This document shows positions 47,315-57,259 of a stretch of DNA of 64,000 nucleotides, in pieces. Within the stretch, counting starts at the first letter, position 1. The number at the start of each line of letters is the position of its first letter. The notes below the pieces were generated by a model, which saw nothing but the letters and a program-made list of their open reading frames with translations, was not told the origin of the DNA and made no database searches. The DNA is from a virus (Duplodnaviria > Caudoviricetes), in IMG/VR virus record IMGVR_UViG_3300021255_000050, positions 51,380-115,379 of that record; one strand, written 5' to 3'. A program made the translations under genes and the position numbers.

Positions 47315-48964
47315 TTAGAAGTTCGAGCACACGCCGAGGCATGGCTGCAGATTCATGTACTTAAGGTTCTCCTTCTCCATCTCCGAGATGTAGTCATTCG
47401 CCATAGCGAGAGCTGAGTAGCGGTCCTTATGGAATGCTGCAGAAGGAGTGTCATACGTCACGCCTCGCGCACCCTCCTTGCGAACTATATGCGACATCTC
47501 GCGCTGCAAAGCATCGGTCTCAATAAAAATAGCCCGCTCCTCCATTGGGCGCTGCTGTGCGCTTGAGAGGTTGCGGGAGCTAACGGGAAGCTCGATGGTT
47601 CGCTTTTCGAGAGTGAGGATAAGGTTCGAGTAGAGGCGCTGGTTCAACGAGAGAACCGCGCGGAACGGGTGGAGGGCCACAATGGCTGAGCTGTTGTAGT
47701 TAGGTTCATCATCCACGACAAGGGGAGGGTACTCGCGCCCGGTTGCGGGATCAATGAACTCGTTATTGCAAAAGCGGGAGAAAGCATCGCCGACACCGCG
47801 AGCGTCGTATACGATCTTCTCCGTATTCGGGAAGCGCAGGAAGTAAAGCTCCTGTATGCGCTTCGCAAGGCTGTCGAGCTTTTCACCGTGGAAGGACTGC
47901 ATGAAGACGAGCTTGCGAGCAAAGAGACCGCTCTGCAGTTCGTGGAACTTCATGACAACAATGATCGAGTTATCGGCGCCCTTTGCTGCAGAAGTAGCAA
48001 TGTCGAGGCCAATGACATAGCGAGCTTTGCTGCTCTTCGGCTGAGCAAGCTCGACGCGATCAAGAACGCGGACGGGATCAGTAAGCGTGTAGGGGAGAAC
48101 CGTACCGCGAACGGACCCCAGGAAAACCGAACCAAACTCAAGCATGAATTGGTCGGCTGGATAATTGCTGCGAACTTCCTCGAAGTACTCCGCTTGGTTT
48201 ACGCCATTAGCGATGGAAGCATTGTAGTCGAGGCAGCAAGCAAAGTAGCCGGGCTTACCTTCACGAAAGCTGTTGTAGGTTTGCATGAACTCATCGTAGA
48301 AAGGGTGAGCCTGCTCGCAGCAGCTGGTGATGCTGACGTTCTTGCTGGGGAAATCTTTTATGCCAAGCGAGATGCAGATGTCACGGGTGTAGTTCGTGAT
48401 GGGCATGACGATAGGCCGGATGAGGTCCTGGTCGAGTTCAACCTCTTCATCGCGGACAAGAATCTTTGCGCGGATACCGCGAGCGCTGTTAATGGATCGA
48501 GTTTCAATAGTCGAACCATTCTTCAGGCGAACGCTGGCACCATCCTTCGTGATTTGTACGAGGGTGCGGGCTGCCCCTTTGTCGATCTCGTTAGCAAAGG
48601 ACGGGGAGAACTCTGCTATCTTCGCGAGCTTGACCAACGTCTCGACCGCCTGTGGCACCGTTTTTGAGATGACGATGACAGGCGTACCGGGTTCGAGGCA
48701 GCAGAGAGCGAAGCAGCAGAGAGCAATGAGCCACGTCTTACCGCCGCCACGGTTCATGACGACCTTAATGTTATGCGCGCGACCAAAAGCGCGAGCAATC
48801 ACTTTCTGGTCGCGGGAGAGGTGGATCTCAGGAAAAGCATACTCGATGAATACGTCGAGATGCTGAATAAAGTAATCCTTCTGGATGAGGGCGAGCTTAT
48901 CAAGATCAGTGAGGTTTGCTGTGGGTGGGAAGGCTGCGAGTTTGAGAGCTTGGGCTAGCGTCAT
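47315..48964 (-). CDS. terL: terminase large subunit
   Basis: Walker A RGGGKT, Walker B ILVRDE, nuclease GLDIA, YDARGVG, HKDRYSA. Confidence 0.92.
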   Translation of the reverse strand: MTLAQALKLAAFPPTANLTDLDKLALIQKDYFIQHLDVFIEYAFPEIHLSRDQKVIARAFGRAHNIKVVMNRGGGKTWLIALCCFALCCLEPGTPVIVISKTVPQAVETLVKLAKIAEFSPSFANEIDKGAARTLVQITKDGASVRLKNGSTIETRSINSARGIRAKILVRDEEVELDQDLIRPIVMPITNYTRDICISLGIKDFPSKNVSITSCCEQAHPFYDEFMQTYNSFREGKPGYFACCLDYNASIANGVNQAEYFEEVRSNYPADQFMLEFGSVFLGSVRGTVLPYTLTDPVRVLDRVELAQPKSSKARYVIGLDIATSAAKGADNSIIVVMKFHELQSGLFARKLVFMQSFHGEKLDSLAKRIQELYFLRFPNTEKIVYDARGVGDAFSRFCNNEFIDPATGREYPPLVVDDEPNYNSSAIVALHPFRAVLSLNQRLYSNLILTLEKRTIELPVSSRNLSSAQQRPMEERAIFIETDALQREMSHIVRKEGARGVTYDTPSAAFHKDRYSALAMANDYISEMEKENLKYMNLQPCLGVCSNF

Positions 48965-49926
48965 TTCTCAACACCACCCTGCACAGCAGAGACGATGTGC
49001 TGGAACTCCTCAAGGGTGCGGTCAATATCGTCCTTCGGCCAGTGGATAACGGGAGCATAAATCTCTTTGTTGATCAGCTCCTTGGACCACTCGGACCAGC
49101 TTGTCTTCGCAGCAGTAGCTTTTGCTTTCTTCTGGAAGGCTGTGAGGTTCGAGCTTTTCGCGAGCTTGTCAAAGTTGTCGAGCGTGCGGTTCACGTCGTC
49201 AATGCTGCCGCGACCAGAGTTGTAGTCGTCTTGCGCTTTGTTCGCAGCAAGGGAAGCTTTCGCGAGCTTCTTGATGTACTCGCGATCAATGTAGTCGTCG
49301 ATCTCGTCGCCGCCTAAGTTGTTGTAGAACTCCTCAAGATATGCGAGGTCCTCTTTTGAGAAGTTGCCATTAAACTGCGGAGAGTAAGAAGCGCGGGTGC
49401 TGTGCGGCGATTCAGAACTTTGCTGCACAAAGCGACCAGTTGCCATGGCGTGGTCGAAGGTTTCGCCAGCAGGATCAAAGTACTTATAGTACGTTTTCTT
49501 GCTGATAATGGCGGGGAAGCTTTGGCAAGCGAACCGCTCTTCGAGAACCTTGCGCCGCTCGCCGTTGGACCGCAGGTACGTTTTGTCACCAGCGAGTTGC
49601 TCGCGAGCTTTCGCGATGGCAGCGGACCACGCATCCTCGGACCATGCACGATGGTTCTCCCAGCAGTACCGCATCATGTCGGACCGCGTCGTGAGCTTGG
49701 CAACGCAGTCTTTGCACCAGAGATCGCGCCCTGCATTCTCGGCCCAATCGGCGTTGTTCGCGAACTTCGAAGCGGGAGCATCGTGGTCGCCGCGAAAGCA
49801 ATGGCGGGTGGGAGCAGGAGCGTGGGAAGCGGTAGGCTTAGGCGATTGGGAGGTCATCGCAAGCGCGGGCGAGAGCGTCGTATTCAAGGCGCTGCTCGAG
49901 CTGGTAGTAGTAGTTGAAAAGCTCAA
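48961..49926 (-). CDS. terminase small subunit-like protein with zinc finger (start uncertain)
   Basis: WCKDC zinc motif, F..EDL.YLE.FY; directly upstream of terL. Confidence 0.6.
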   Translation of the reverse strand: MSFSTTTTSSSSALNTTLSPALAMTSQSPKPTASHAPAPTRHCFRGDHDAPASKFANNADWAENAGRDLWCKDCVAKLTTRSDMMRYCWENHRAWSEDAWSAAIAKAREQLAGDKTYLRSNGERRKVLEERFACQSFPAIISKKTYYKYFDPAGETFDHAMATGRFVQQSSESPHSTRASYSPQFNGNFSKEDLAYLEEFYNNLGGDEIDDYIDREYIKKLAKASLAANKAQDDYNSGRGSIDDVNRTLDNFDKLAKSSNLTAFQKKAKATAAKTSWSEWSKELINKEIYAPVIHWPKDDIDRTLEEFQHIVSAVQGGVEK

Positions 49927-50038
49927 GAAAGAGGGTGTGCGTTTTTTGGAAGTAGTAAACGCCGTTCACGGTGCGGACCACGGGGATGTGGCGGCGAGTA
50001 AGAAAAGCGTACTCCAAGGGGTCAGTAGTTTCGTACAC
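49838..50038 (-). CDS. small protein at the head of the late operon
   Basis: AGGAGGTG SD before GTG. Confidence 0.55.
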   Translation of the reverse strand: MYETTDPLEYAFLTRRHIPVVRTVNGVYYFQKTHTLFLELFNYYYQLEQRLEYDALARACDDLPIA

Positions 50039-50104
50039 GAGACCACCTCCTGCATATTTTCATTATACATATTTTATAAAGTTTAAAAAATAGAAAACCG
50101 GACC

Positions 50105-50139
50105 TTATGCGGTACACGACGCAGGAGTGTACCGCATAA
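50105..50139. repeat. 13-bp inverted repeat in the divergent late/early intergenic region
   Basis: TTATGCGGTACAC / GTGTACCGCATAA. Confidence 0.7.
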
Positions 50140-50347
50140 CAGGCGATGAAGTATCGATACGCAGAAGATGGCTCCCTGCATGCCGTGGGTGTCGGCGAAG
50201 AACGAAAGGGGAGGGATTTTGCAAAAGTGGTTTCGGATGGAACTGTTTATATGGATCTCATGGGGTTCGTGGGTTTTCCCGCGTAAACCATGGGGTCGCT
50301 TTTGCATAAGTCCTGAACCGTAAGGCAGGCTGCAGAGGAGGTACAAT

Positions 50348-50695
50348 ATGATGAACGGTATGGAAATGACTAAGGAACTTATCCTGAGGAACGAAGTGCT
50401 GGTAGGCAATTGCCTCCTTGATGTGTTCTACACCAAGAGTACCTACCGGAGCCAGAAGTTCTATTGGGGCGAACACATCGTCGAAGAAGAAACAGAAGAA
50501 ATTCTGTTTGTTCAGAACGACGTGGTCCTTGGGGCTGCAGTGGATGGAGAACCCATCAGCTCCGAGGAAATGCTTGACCTTCCTGACAGCACAATGTGCT
50601 GCAGTAAGTTCACAGCAGAGGATAGTCAGCATATGCTGGAGGCGCTTGACCAGAGTCAGTGGAAATTCTATGACATCTGGTACAAGGAAGATTGA
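50348..50695 (+). CDS. hypothetical early protein
   Basis: GGAGG SD, acidic 115 aa. Confidence 0.7.
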   Translation: MMNGMEMTKELILRNEVLVGNCLLDVFYTKSTYRSQKFYWGEHIVEEETEEILFVQNDVVLGAAVDGEPISSEEMLDLPDSTMCCSKFTAEDSQHMLEALDQSQWKFYDIWYKED

Positions 50696-50813
50696 CCAGT
50701 ATAAGAGAGGCTTATGCCTCTCTTTTTTATTTTTATTTCTTTACGGTCAAGAGTGGCGTCTTGACTGTGGTGACGACCACTCAGCCAAAATAAATAAGAA
50801 AGAGGTAACTACT

Positions 50814-51014
50814 ATGTTGACTAAAGAAGAAAAGAATTTGCTCGAAAGGGCAGTGCGCCTCATGCACAAAACAACAAATTATATGACATGGGCAGCGAAA
50901 CGGATGGATAAGAAAGAGTATTTTCTTGATCCAGAAGTAGAGTATGCCTTCAAGGTCAGCGACTTCGCTGGGAAAGCATACTGCTGCTTAAGGCAGAAGG
51001 AACAGGATGGTTGA
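50814..51014 (+). CDS. hypothetical early protein
   Basis: GAGGT SD before ATG 50814. Confidence 0.65.
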   Translation: MLTKEEKNLLERAVRLMHKTTNYMTWAAKRMDKKEYFLDPEVEYAFKVSDFAGKAYCCLRQKEQDG

Positions 51015-51124
51015 AAAGAGAGGCTTTGTCCTCTCTTTTTTTTATTTTTATTTTTATTTTCTTCACGGCATCCACAGGGGGTGCACCGGCAACAGGGTAC
51101 TGAAGAAAATCAAAGGAGGCAAAT

Positions 51125-51427
51125 ATGAAATACCTTTTTGATGTTGATATTCCGCTCCGGCAGGGTAACGCGTTCCTTACCGGAACCATCAAGAATCTTG
51201 GTGGTATTAAGGCCATCGATGTCAAGATGGAACTGACCGTCGGCAGCAAGGTAGCAACGCTCACAGCTCCTTGCTGTGCGATTGGAGATGACATGTGCGA
51301 TTCAATCGCATCCGCAATTGAAGGTTTTGTAGCCTTTTGCGGTTTCGATTGGGACCGCACGCCCGAAAGGCAGCAGCTCCATAAAAGCATTCTGGAGTTT
51401 GCTGAGTCCTATCGGGAAAATGATTAG
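51125..51427 (+). CDS. hypothetical early protein
   Basis: AAGGAGG SD. Confidence 0.7.
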   Translation: MKYLFDVDIPLRQGNAFLTGTIKNLGGIKAIDVKMELTVGSKVATLTAPCCAIGDDMCDSIASAIEGFVAFCGFDWDRTPERQQLHKSILEFAESYREND

Positions 51428-51520
51428 TGTTAAGAAAAAGAGAGGTGGCTTCGGCTACCTCTCTTTTTTTATTTCACGGCATGCACTGGCCATGCATGTC
51501 AATGCGCTCAGAGAGGAGGC

Positions 51521-51958
51521 GTGTGTATGAATCATACTGAGCGTCGTATCTTGCGTAATATTATCATCGCGCAAGTGGCAAGCGATGGTGGAAAGGACAA
51601 GCCTTGGCTTGTTAACTCTCTGCCAAGCGCGCTGAGAGAAGCCGGTATGAAAGCATATAAATCCGGCTACTCTGCAAAAGACGTGGCGATCAGGGCTGCC
51701 TTGTCAGATATCGCAAGGTACAACCCTGATTGCATCCGCTTCTTCATCATGAAGGATGATCCGAAGAAGGCGAAGTATATCGTCTATTTCGATATCCGTA
51801 TTGGTGAAGAACGGAAACAAGTGTCCTTTCATACCTCTTGCAACCTCAAGAGGTGGGTCCCCGGTTGCAACCGCAGCATGGGGAAATGGACACCCGGAGC
51901 AGGCTCCAGACAAATATGCTTGGAGATTGCGAACCTGCTATGCGGCTCCGAAAGATGA
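51521..51958 (+). CDS. hypothetical early protein
   Basis: GGAGG SD; IVYFD...QVSFH motif seen in phage proteins. Confidence 0.7.
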   Translation: MCMNHTERRILRNIIIAQVASDGGKDKPWLVNSLPSALREAGMKAYKSGYSAKDVAIRAALSDIARYNPDCIRFFIMKDDPKKAKYIVYFDIRIGEERKQVSFHTSCNLKRWVPGCNRSMGKWTPGAGSRQICLEIANLLCGSER

Positions 51959-52148
51959 CGTGTTCCGCAGCGTCGCTTTCGGCTGGCTTCGGCCAGTGTA
52001 AGAGTCCCGGCTCTAGGAAGTTCCGGGGTTATGCGGGGAAAGGAGATGGATAAGTAGGTTCCCATTAAGGAGAGAGTTTCGACTCTCTCTTTTTTATTTT
52101 ACGGCTGTGTGGCCTACAGCCGAATCCTCAGAGAAGGGAGGTGTACGT

Positions 52149-52295
52149 ATGGTATTCGCTCTGAGGAATGCCATTCGTCTTATGAAGACGAAGGGCAACC
52201 TGTATGAGGAAGACCGTCTCTTCATGCTGGCACTCCAGCCGGAGCTGCCGAAGCTGAAGAGGAGACGGAGCCATCGCCTCTTCGGGTTGCTGTGA
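52149..52295 (+). CDS. small basic hypothetical protein
   Basis: GGAGGTG SD. Confidence 0.55.
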   Translation: MVFALRNAIRLMKTKGNLYEEDRLFMLALQPELPKLKRRRSHRLFGLL

Positions 52296-52454
52296 TAAAT
52301 AGTCCCAACCCCTGTCACGGTCGTCACCCGACGCGAGTTGACCGACGCCCGTGCGTTGCAGATGTGAGGGACAAGAGAGTAGTTTCGACTACTCTCTTTT
52401 TTATTTTACGGTCAGCGAGGCCAGCTGGCCAATAATAACAAGGAGGTTACTGAT

Positions 52455-52610
52455 ATGTTTAAGGTAACTTTGGAAGGTATGTATGGCGCGTTCATCATGG
52501 AATTCGAATCCATGATGGATGCAAGGCGGTACGCAGCTGTTTGCGAGCTGCACATCCTGAATTATATCTTCGTCGAAAAGCCTATTGAAGACGAAGATAT
52601 AATCATCTGA
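52455..52610 (+). CDS. small hypothetical protein (51 aa, not in the ORF track)
   Basis: AAGGAGG SD; fills the space between two repeat elements. Confidence 0.6.
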   Translation: MFKVTLEGMYGAFIMEFESMMDARRYAAVCELHILNYIFVEKPIEDEDIII

Positions 52611-52790
52611 CTAAGAGAGCTTCGGCTCTCTTTTTTATTTTTATTTCCCTTTTTAACGCCAGCTTCGGTGCTGGTGTTTGACTACGGCTGTACGTCAACG
52701 TAGTCGGACGTTTCTTGATATTAGTATCTATGCAGTGCACGGCATGAGATGCAGGGAACAACTATAACTAATGAATTTTGGAGGTAAACT

Positions 52791-53324
52791 ATGACTTACG
52801 CTATTGCTTGCTTCGCTATCGCTTTTGTTATGGTACTTGTAAATGCCATGCTTATGCAGGAACAGGAACAGGCTGAGGCTACCGCTGCAAAGGACGGTAT
52901 CCACTACCACATCACTGTTAAAGACTTTAACACGTGGTGCAAAGAGCATCCGTTGTATGGCGATCATGATGGTGACAACCCGGAAATGGAGAGGTTCTTC
53001 AAAGAACTCGACGAGTTCATTGATGAAATCTTCCCGAAAACGGGAGAATGGGAACCTAAAACCATCGTCACTGAAGATCCTCAGACTTGGCCGGACGCGG
53101 TAGAAGTCTTTGAGAACCTTCTTGAAGACGGCATCCCGAACTTCTATGAAGGCCCTGAGGAATCTGACATTGTGGTTAGTGATATTGAAACTGACTTTAA
53201 TGTACCTGAATTATTCTGGGCTATCGGTCCCATCTCTGCTGTTTATAGGAGGGAGGTTGATAAGATTCTCGGCGTTGAGCCGGTATATATACAGCCGGCT
53301 GAAATCGACGAGCTGCCGTTCTGA
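52791..53324 (+). CDS. acidic protein with N-terminal TM/signal and C-terminal DELPF
   Basis: GGAGG SD; hydrophobic N-terminus; SSB-like acidic LPF tail. Confidence 0.65.
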   Translation: MTYAIACFAIAFVMVLVNAMLMQEQEQAEATAAKDGIHYHITVKDFNTWCKEHPLYGDHDGDNPEMERFFKELDEFIDEIFPKTGEWEPKTIVTEDPQTWPDAVEVFENLLEDGIPNFYEGPEESDIVVSDIETDFNVPELFWAIGPISAVYRREVDKILGVEPVYIQPAEIDELPF

Positions 53325-53496
53325 TGCCGCATATTTAAGAGGGGAGATTAACTCCCCTCTTTTTTTTATTTTTTTCTTCTTCACGGCCTCGCACCGCGAG
53401 GAGGCTGACTCACAGGGTAACTGAGACGCGCGGCGACGTAAACGCCGGCTCGAATGAGCAGGAAATAAACAGATACAAATTAAGGAGGATACAACA

Positions 53497-56400
53497 ATGG
53501 CAAACAACATTAAGGGACTTCGCAACATCAACACCACCCCCGAGTGCGGGAAGACCATCGTCATCAACACCACCCCCGAGTGCGGGAAGACCAAGAAGGT
53601 TGCCAAATTGAGCCGCGATGAGCACGGCACCTGGCGCTGCAGCGTCCTGATGCCCGGTGGGAACATCTGGTCCCAGAACTTTGAAACCTTTGAACAGGCC
53701 GCGGAAGTCCTGTTCAGGGCTGAACAGTCCGATAAGGTTATTGGCTGTGTCGGCCAGATCCGTTACGTAGGTCAGGCCCGCACGATCATTTGTGCAGAAA
53801 GCCCTATCCGCAAGGATGGGAAGCGCAAGGTCAAGAGCTTGACAAAGGATCAGCGACGGACCCTTATGGCAGAAGACTCGCTGTATGTAGAACACATCTC
53901 CACCGGTGAGCAGGTGACTCGTCTCACCCTGCACCCGGACTATGACGGCAGCTACGGTGCCAAAGAATGGAAGATCGACACCGTGCGCAAGGCTCTTTCC
54001 GCTCTGGAGGAGGAGGCTATCAAGTTGGGCGGGAAGGATGCCTATATCCGCGTCGTCTCGACTATCCCGGAGATCGACTCTTGGAGACCGCAGGATCGCG
54101 ACAAGGCTCAGGCCAAGCAGGACCTGTGGCAGACTGTGTGCGTGCACGGCATCACTTTGAACGGGAAGACTTATGTCCCGTTTGGTGCGCCGGTGAACGG
54201 TCTGAAGGATAACAAGACCATCTGGGTCTTGAAGGATATCAGGGATGAACTTCGCGAGATTATGAAGCGCGGTTCTTTGGATTCTTGGCTCACCACAGAA
54301 GCAAAGAAGATTGCCTACCTCTACGGTTTGCAGGCTACCGCGCCGTCGTGGTGGGTTGACCTCCCGCTTCGCCCTGAAGATTGTTACTTCAAGAGCGGTG
54401 AACCGATTGTAGACATCAAAGATATGGTGGCATACGGCCACAAGAATAATGATGTCACGCTCAATGAAAGTGATATTTCTGCCCATCAGGGCGATGGTCC
54501 AACCTTCTTCTCCGTATCTCCTCTCATGCGCGAAGTGTTCGCCGAGAGGCTGATTGAAGAAGGAAGATATGACAATATGGATGACGCCCTCAACCATGTT
54601 GACCGGGAACTGGATAAGATGCCGGGCATCTTCAGCGGCAGGACAAGGAATGGTGCAATTAAGCCGGCCATGTACAATGTACCTGGAAGCGTACAGAAGT
54701 ATTGGCATGCTCATGGTGTTCATGATCGCGATGGCCGCGATGTTGACCGCCTTGTTGTGATCGGCAATACCACGGCAAGGAAGACACCTATTGGCCCCAA
54801 GGGCTGCGCATATGAAACTGAGGATGCCTGGGCTAATGGCATTCGTGACGGTTTCCAGCTCGGCGTAATGATCCCCGAGCACGAGGACAAGCTCACCAAG
54901 AGTAGCTATCAGTTGCTCCAACTTCTGTACGGAGCTTCTGACGAAAATCTGATGAAGCTCGCCCAGCACGAAGCAAAGTACATCAACAGCCTCGTGATTG
55001 GCAAGGGGCGCTACCGCCTGATGGGCCGCGAAAAGGCTATTGTCAGCGCGTTCGAAGGGAGCTTCTTGTCACATCCGATGATGAAGTCAGAAATGACAGA
55101 AACTTATCATAGGATTATTGAGCAGGCTTTCGAGGGTATGATCCACAATCATATCCATAATGCCATGCTCTTCCCGGATCCGGTAGCCTACATTCAGTGG
55201 TTGGGTGACCTGCCGGTAACTGGGTGCATCGAGGCGAATACGATCGTTTGCCCTGCTGCAAAGATGTCTGGCAAGGGCATCATGTATCGCAACCCTCTGA
55301 CAAACTTGGGTGCTGTACGTGAAGTCGAAATCATCAACAAGTGGCCTGAGGAATATGCGGATCTCTTCCCGGCCAAAACAAATGCAGTCTTCCATAGCTG
55401 GAAGGATGCAAATGTGACACGCATGGAAGCTGATGCTGATGGCGACCATGTCAGCTACAGTTTCCTGAAGCCTCTGGTTGACTGCGTGCGCGAATGCCAT
55501 GAGAAGTATGGCGACATCGCTATCGACTTCGATCGTGATGAGGTCAGCGACAAGCATGTAGTGACTGAGAAGTCTCTTACTGCATACTTCATGACCAGAG
55601 TTCGCAAGAATAAACTCGGCGAAAAGTGCTATAACCTTAACAAGTTATACGCAATGACTGCCGATAACGAGTGGTTCGCGAACCATCCGTATGTCCAGCT
55701 GCCTGAATGGGCAGAGGAAGAGGTTGACTTGGCTACTGAAGTCAGGAATGTCAGGGATGTACAGAATGCCGTTGATAGCGGAAAGCACGAAACGGCTGAA
55801 GTGAATGATAACAAGCAGGATGCTTGGCTCCGTGGCATGAAGCAGAGCGATGCCGTAATTCTGCGGCAGGCTCGCGATCTGCGTGACAGCGATGGCAATA
55901 AGGTCAACGATATCGATGATCTTATCGCGCTGATTAAGCAGCTGAAATACGATGGCAATGGTGCCATTGACCGGTATATGAGGATGCTGCGCGGCATGGT
56001 TAGCATTGACCTTCCTGCCGAATGGTTTGAAGGAGAATTCGAATCAAGCTGCATCTTCTTCAATACAGAAGACTGCGGTAGCCGTACAGGTATCCGCGGC
56101 CTCTGGCGCGAGGGAGATTACGACAAGGATCTCAAGTTCGCACCGAACGAGGGTCTCTTCAATGGTATCTCTCGCCGTTATCGTGATGAATGGAAACAGC
56201 TTGTTGCTGGTGAGGACAACGCTATGAAGCGTATGTCCAAGCATGACTTCGACGAGTTGTGCAAGAAGCAGGCGCTGGACGAGATCGAAGAGCTTGTTAA
56301 CACATTCGGTTGCAGCCTCAAAGAGGCGCATGATGTAGTGGCACGCCGTATTCTCGAACTCCGTCCTGATCCCAAGACCAAGGCCAATACCACGAATGAA

Positions 56401-56586
56401 GGCCGTGCACGTTGGAATAGAACACTGTGGGACAGCTTCTGGAACATCTTCGGTGAGATGACGATAGAAGCTGTCAAGCAGAACCGCTACATTGAGAACT
56501 TTAACATGAAGGAGGTGCTGAATCTCACGATCGATGAACTGCTGGATATCGACATGGATGACATCGAGTGCAACATCGATGACTAA
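53497..56586 (+). CDS. single-subunit two-barrel RNA polymerase (YonO / RNAi-RdRP-like)
   Basis: YRNP followed ~45 aa later by MEADADGDH (DxDGD, 55432-55446); VDSGKH; 1029 aa. Confidence 0.75.
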   Translation: MANNIKGLRNINTTPECGKTIVINTTPECGKTKKVAKLSRDEHGTWRCSVLMPGGNIWSQNFETFEQAAEVLFRAEQSDKVIGCVGQIRYVGQARTIICAESPIRKDGKRKVKSLTKDQRRTLMAEDSLYVEHISTGEQVTRLTLHPDYDGSYGAKEWKIDTVRKALSALEEEAIKLGGKDAYIRVVSTIPEIDSWRPQDRDKAQAKQDLWQTVCVHGITLNGKTYVPFGAPVNGLKDNKTIWVLKDIRDELREIMKRGSLDSWLTTEAKKIAYLYGLQATAPSWWVDLPLRPEDCYFKSGEPIVDIKDMVAYGHKNNDVTLNESDISAHQGDGPTFFSVSPLMREVFAERLIEEGRYDNMDDALNHVDRELDKMPGIFSGRTRNGAIKPAMYNVPGSVQKYWHAHGVHDRDGRDVDRLVVIGNTTARKTPIGPKGCAYETEDAWANGIRDGFQLGVMIPEHEDKLTKSSYQLLQLLYGASDENLMKLAQHEAKYINSLVIGKGRYRLMGREKAIVSAFEGSFLSHPMMKSEMTETYHRIIEQAFEGMIHNHIHNAMLFPDPVAYIQWLGDLPVTGCIEANTIVCPAAKMSGKGIMYRNPLTNLGAVREVEIINKWPEEYADLFPAKTNAVFHSWKDANVTRMEADADGDHVSYSFLKPLVDCVRECHEKYGDIAIDFDRDEVSDKHVVTEKSLTAYFMTRVRKNKLGEKCYNLNKLYAMTADNEWFANHPYVQLPEWAEEEVDLATEVRNVRDVQNAVDSGKHETAEVNDNKQDAWLRGMKQSDAVILRQARDLRDSDGNKVNDIDDLIALIKQLKYDGNGAIDRYMRMLRGMVSIDLPAEWFEGEFESSCIFFNTEDCGSRTGIRGLWREGDYDKDLKFAPNEGLFNGISRRYRDEWKQLVAGEDNAMKRMSKHDFDELCKKQALDEIEELVNTFGCSLKEAHDVVARRILELRPDPKTKANTTNEGRARWNRTLWDSFWNIFGEMTIEAVKQNRYIENFNMKEVLNLTIDELLDIDMDDIECNIDD
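53526..53593 (+). repeat. perfect 32-bp tandem duplication with 36-bp period
   Basis: CATCAACACCACCCCCGAGTGCGGGAAGACCA at 53526 and 53562 (INTTPECGKT twice). Confidence 0.9.
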
Positions 56587-56746
56587 TCCGCACGACATAA
56601 GAGGGGTAGCTTTGGCTACCTCTCTTTTTTATTTTATGGCTTCATGGCTGGAGCTGCTGGCTTGGCAGGATACCAAGGCGCGCTGCGACGTAAACGCAGG
56701 CTCATTGAGCAAGAATGAACCACATAATATTAAGGAGGAAATAACA

Positions 56747-57259
56747 ATGAAAGGACTTCGAAATGTTATCATCAATAAGCCAAGCGTTGCCAAGCCGGTT
56801 GCACGCAAAGTATTCATTGACATTGGCTATGTTCACCCGGCAACACGTCAGTGGCACAGCAAGAGATTCGATAGTGTTGTGGATGCTGACAAAGCAAGGG
56901 ATGCCATACTGCGCAAAGGCATTCCTTGCGCGCGCTTATCAAGCGCAACACATGAATTCACTGTATATGGCTGCACAGAGGATTCATTCATGTCTTTGTT
57001 CATCAGTATGGGCGGGGACTGGGACATCGATGACGATGGCGACCTTGTGCATGCTATCTATAGAAAGATCATGGACGGTGCAGAAAATGATCGTGTCACG
57101 ATATGCGGCCACGTCTACACGATCAAGGACGAAACGATTCGTCAAGATGAACAGTGGGCCGCAATCTATAACGTGTACAGCGGATACGATAAAGTAGGTA
57201 CGTATTCGCTATATGACGCCAATGATGAGGATGTGATCTGTTTCTATTGGCAGCTGTAA
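56747..57259 (+). CDS. hypothetical protein
   Basis: TAAGGAGG SD. Confidence 0.7.
   Translation: MKGLRNVIINKPSVAKPVARKVFIDIGYVHPATRQWHSKRFDSVVDADKARDAILRKGIPCARLSSATHEFTVYGCTEDSFMSLFISMGGDWDIDDDGDLVHAIYRKIMDGAENDRVTICGHVYTIKDETIRQDEQWAAIYNVYSGYDKVGTYSLYDANDEDVICFYWQL

Noticed and set aside
53410-54969. Long antisense ORFs (519 aa here; also 39681..40955, 46366..47271, 9161..10000, 47888..48667)
   Set aside because: Shadows of codon-biased genes on the opposite strand, with no SD or recognisable motifs.
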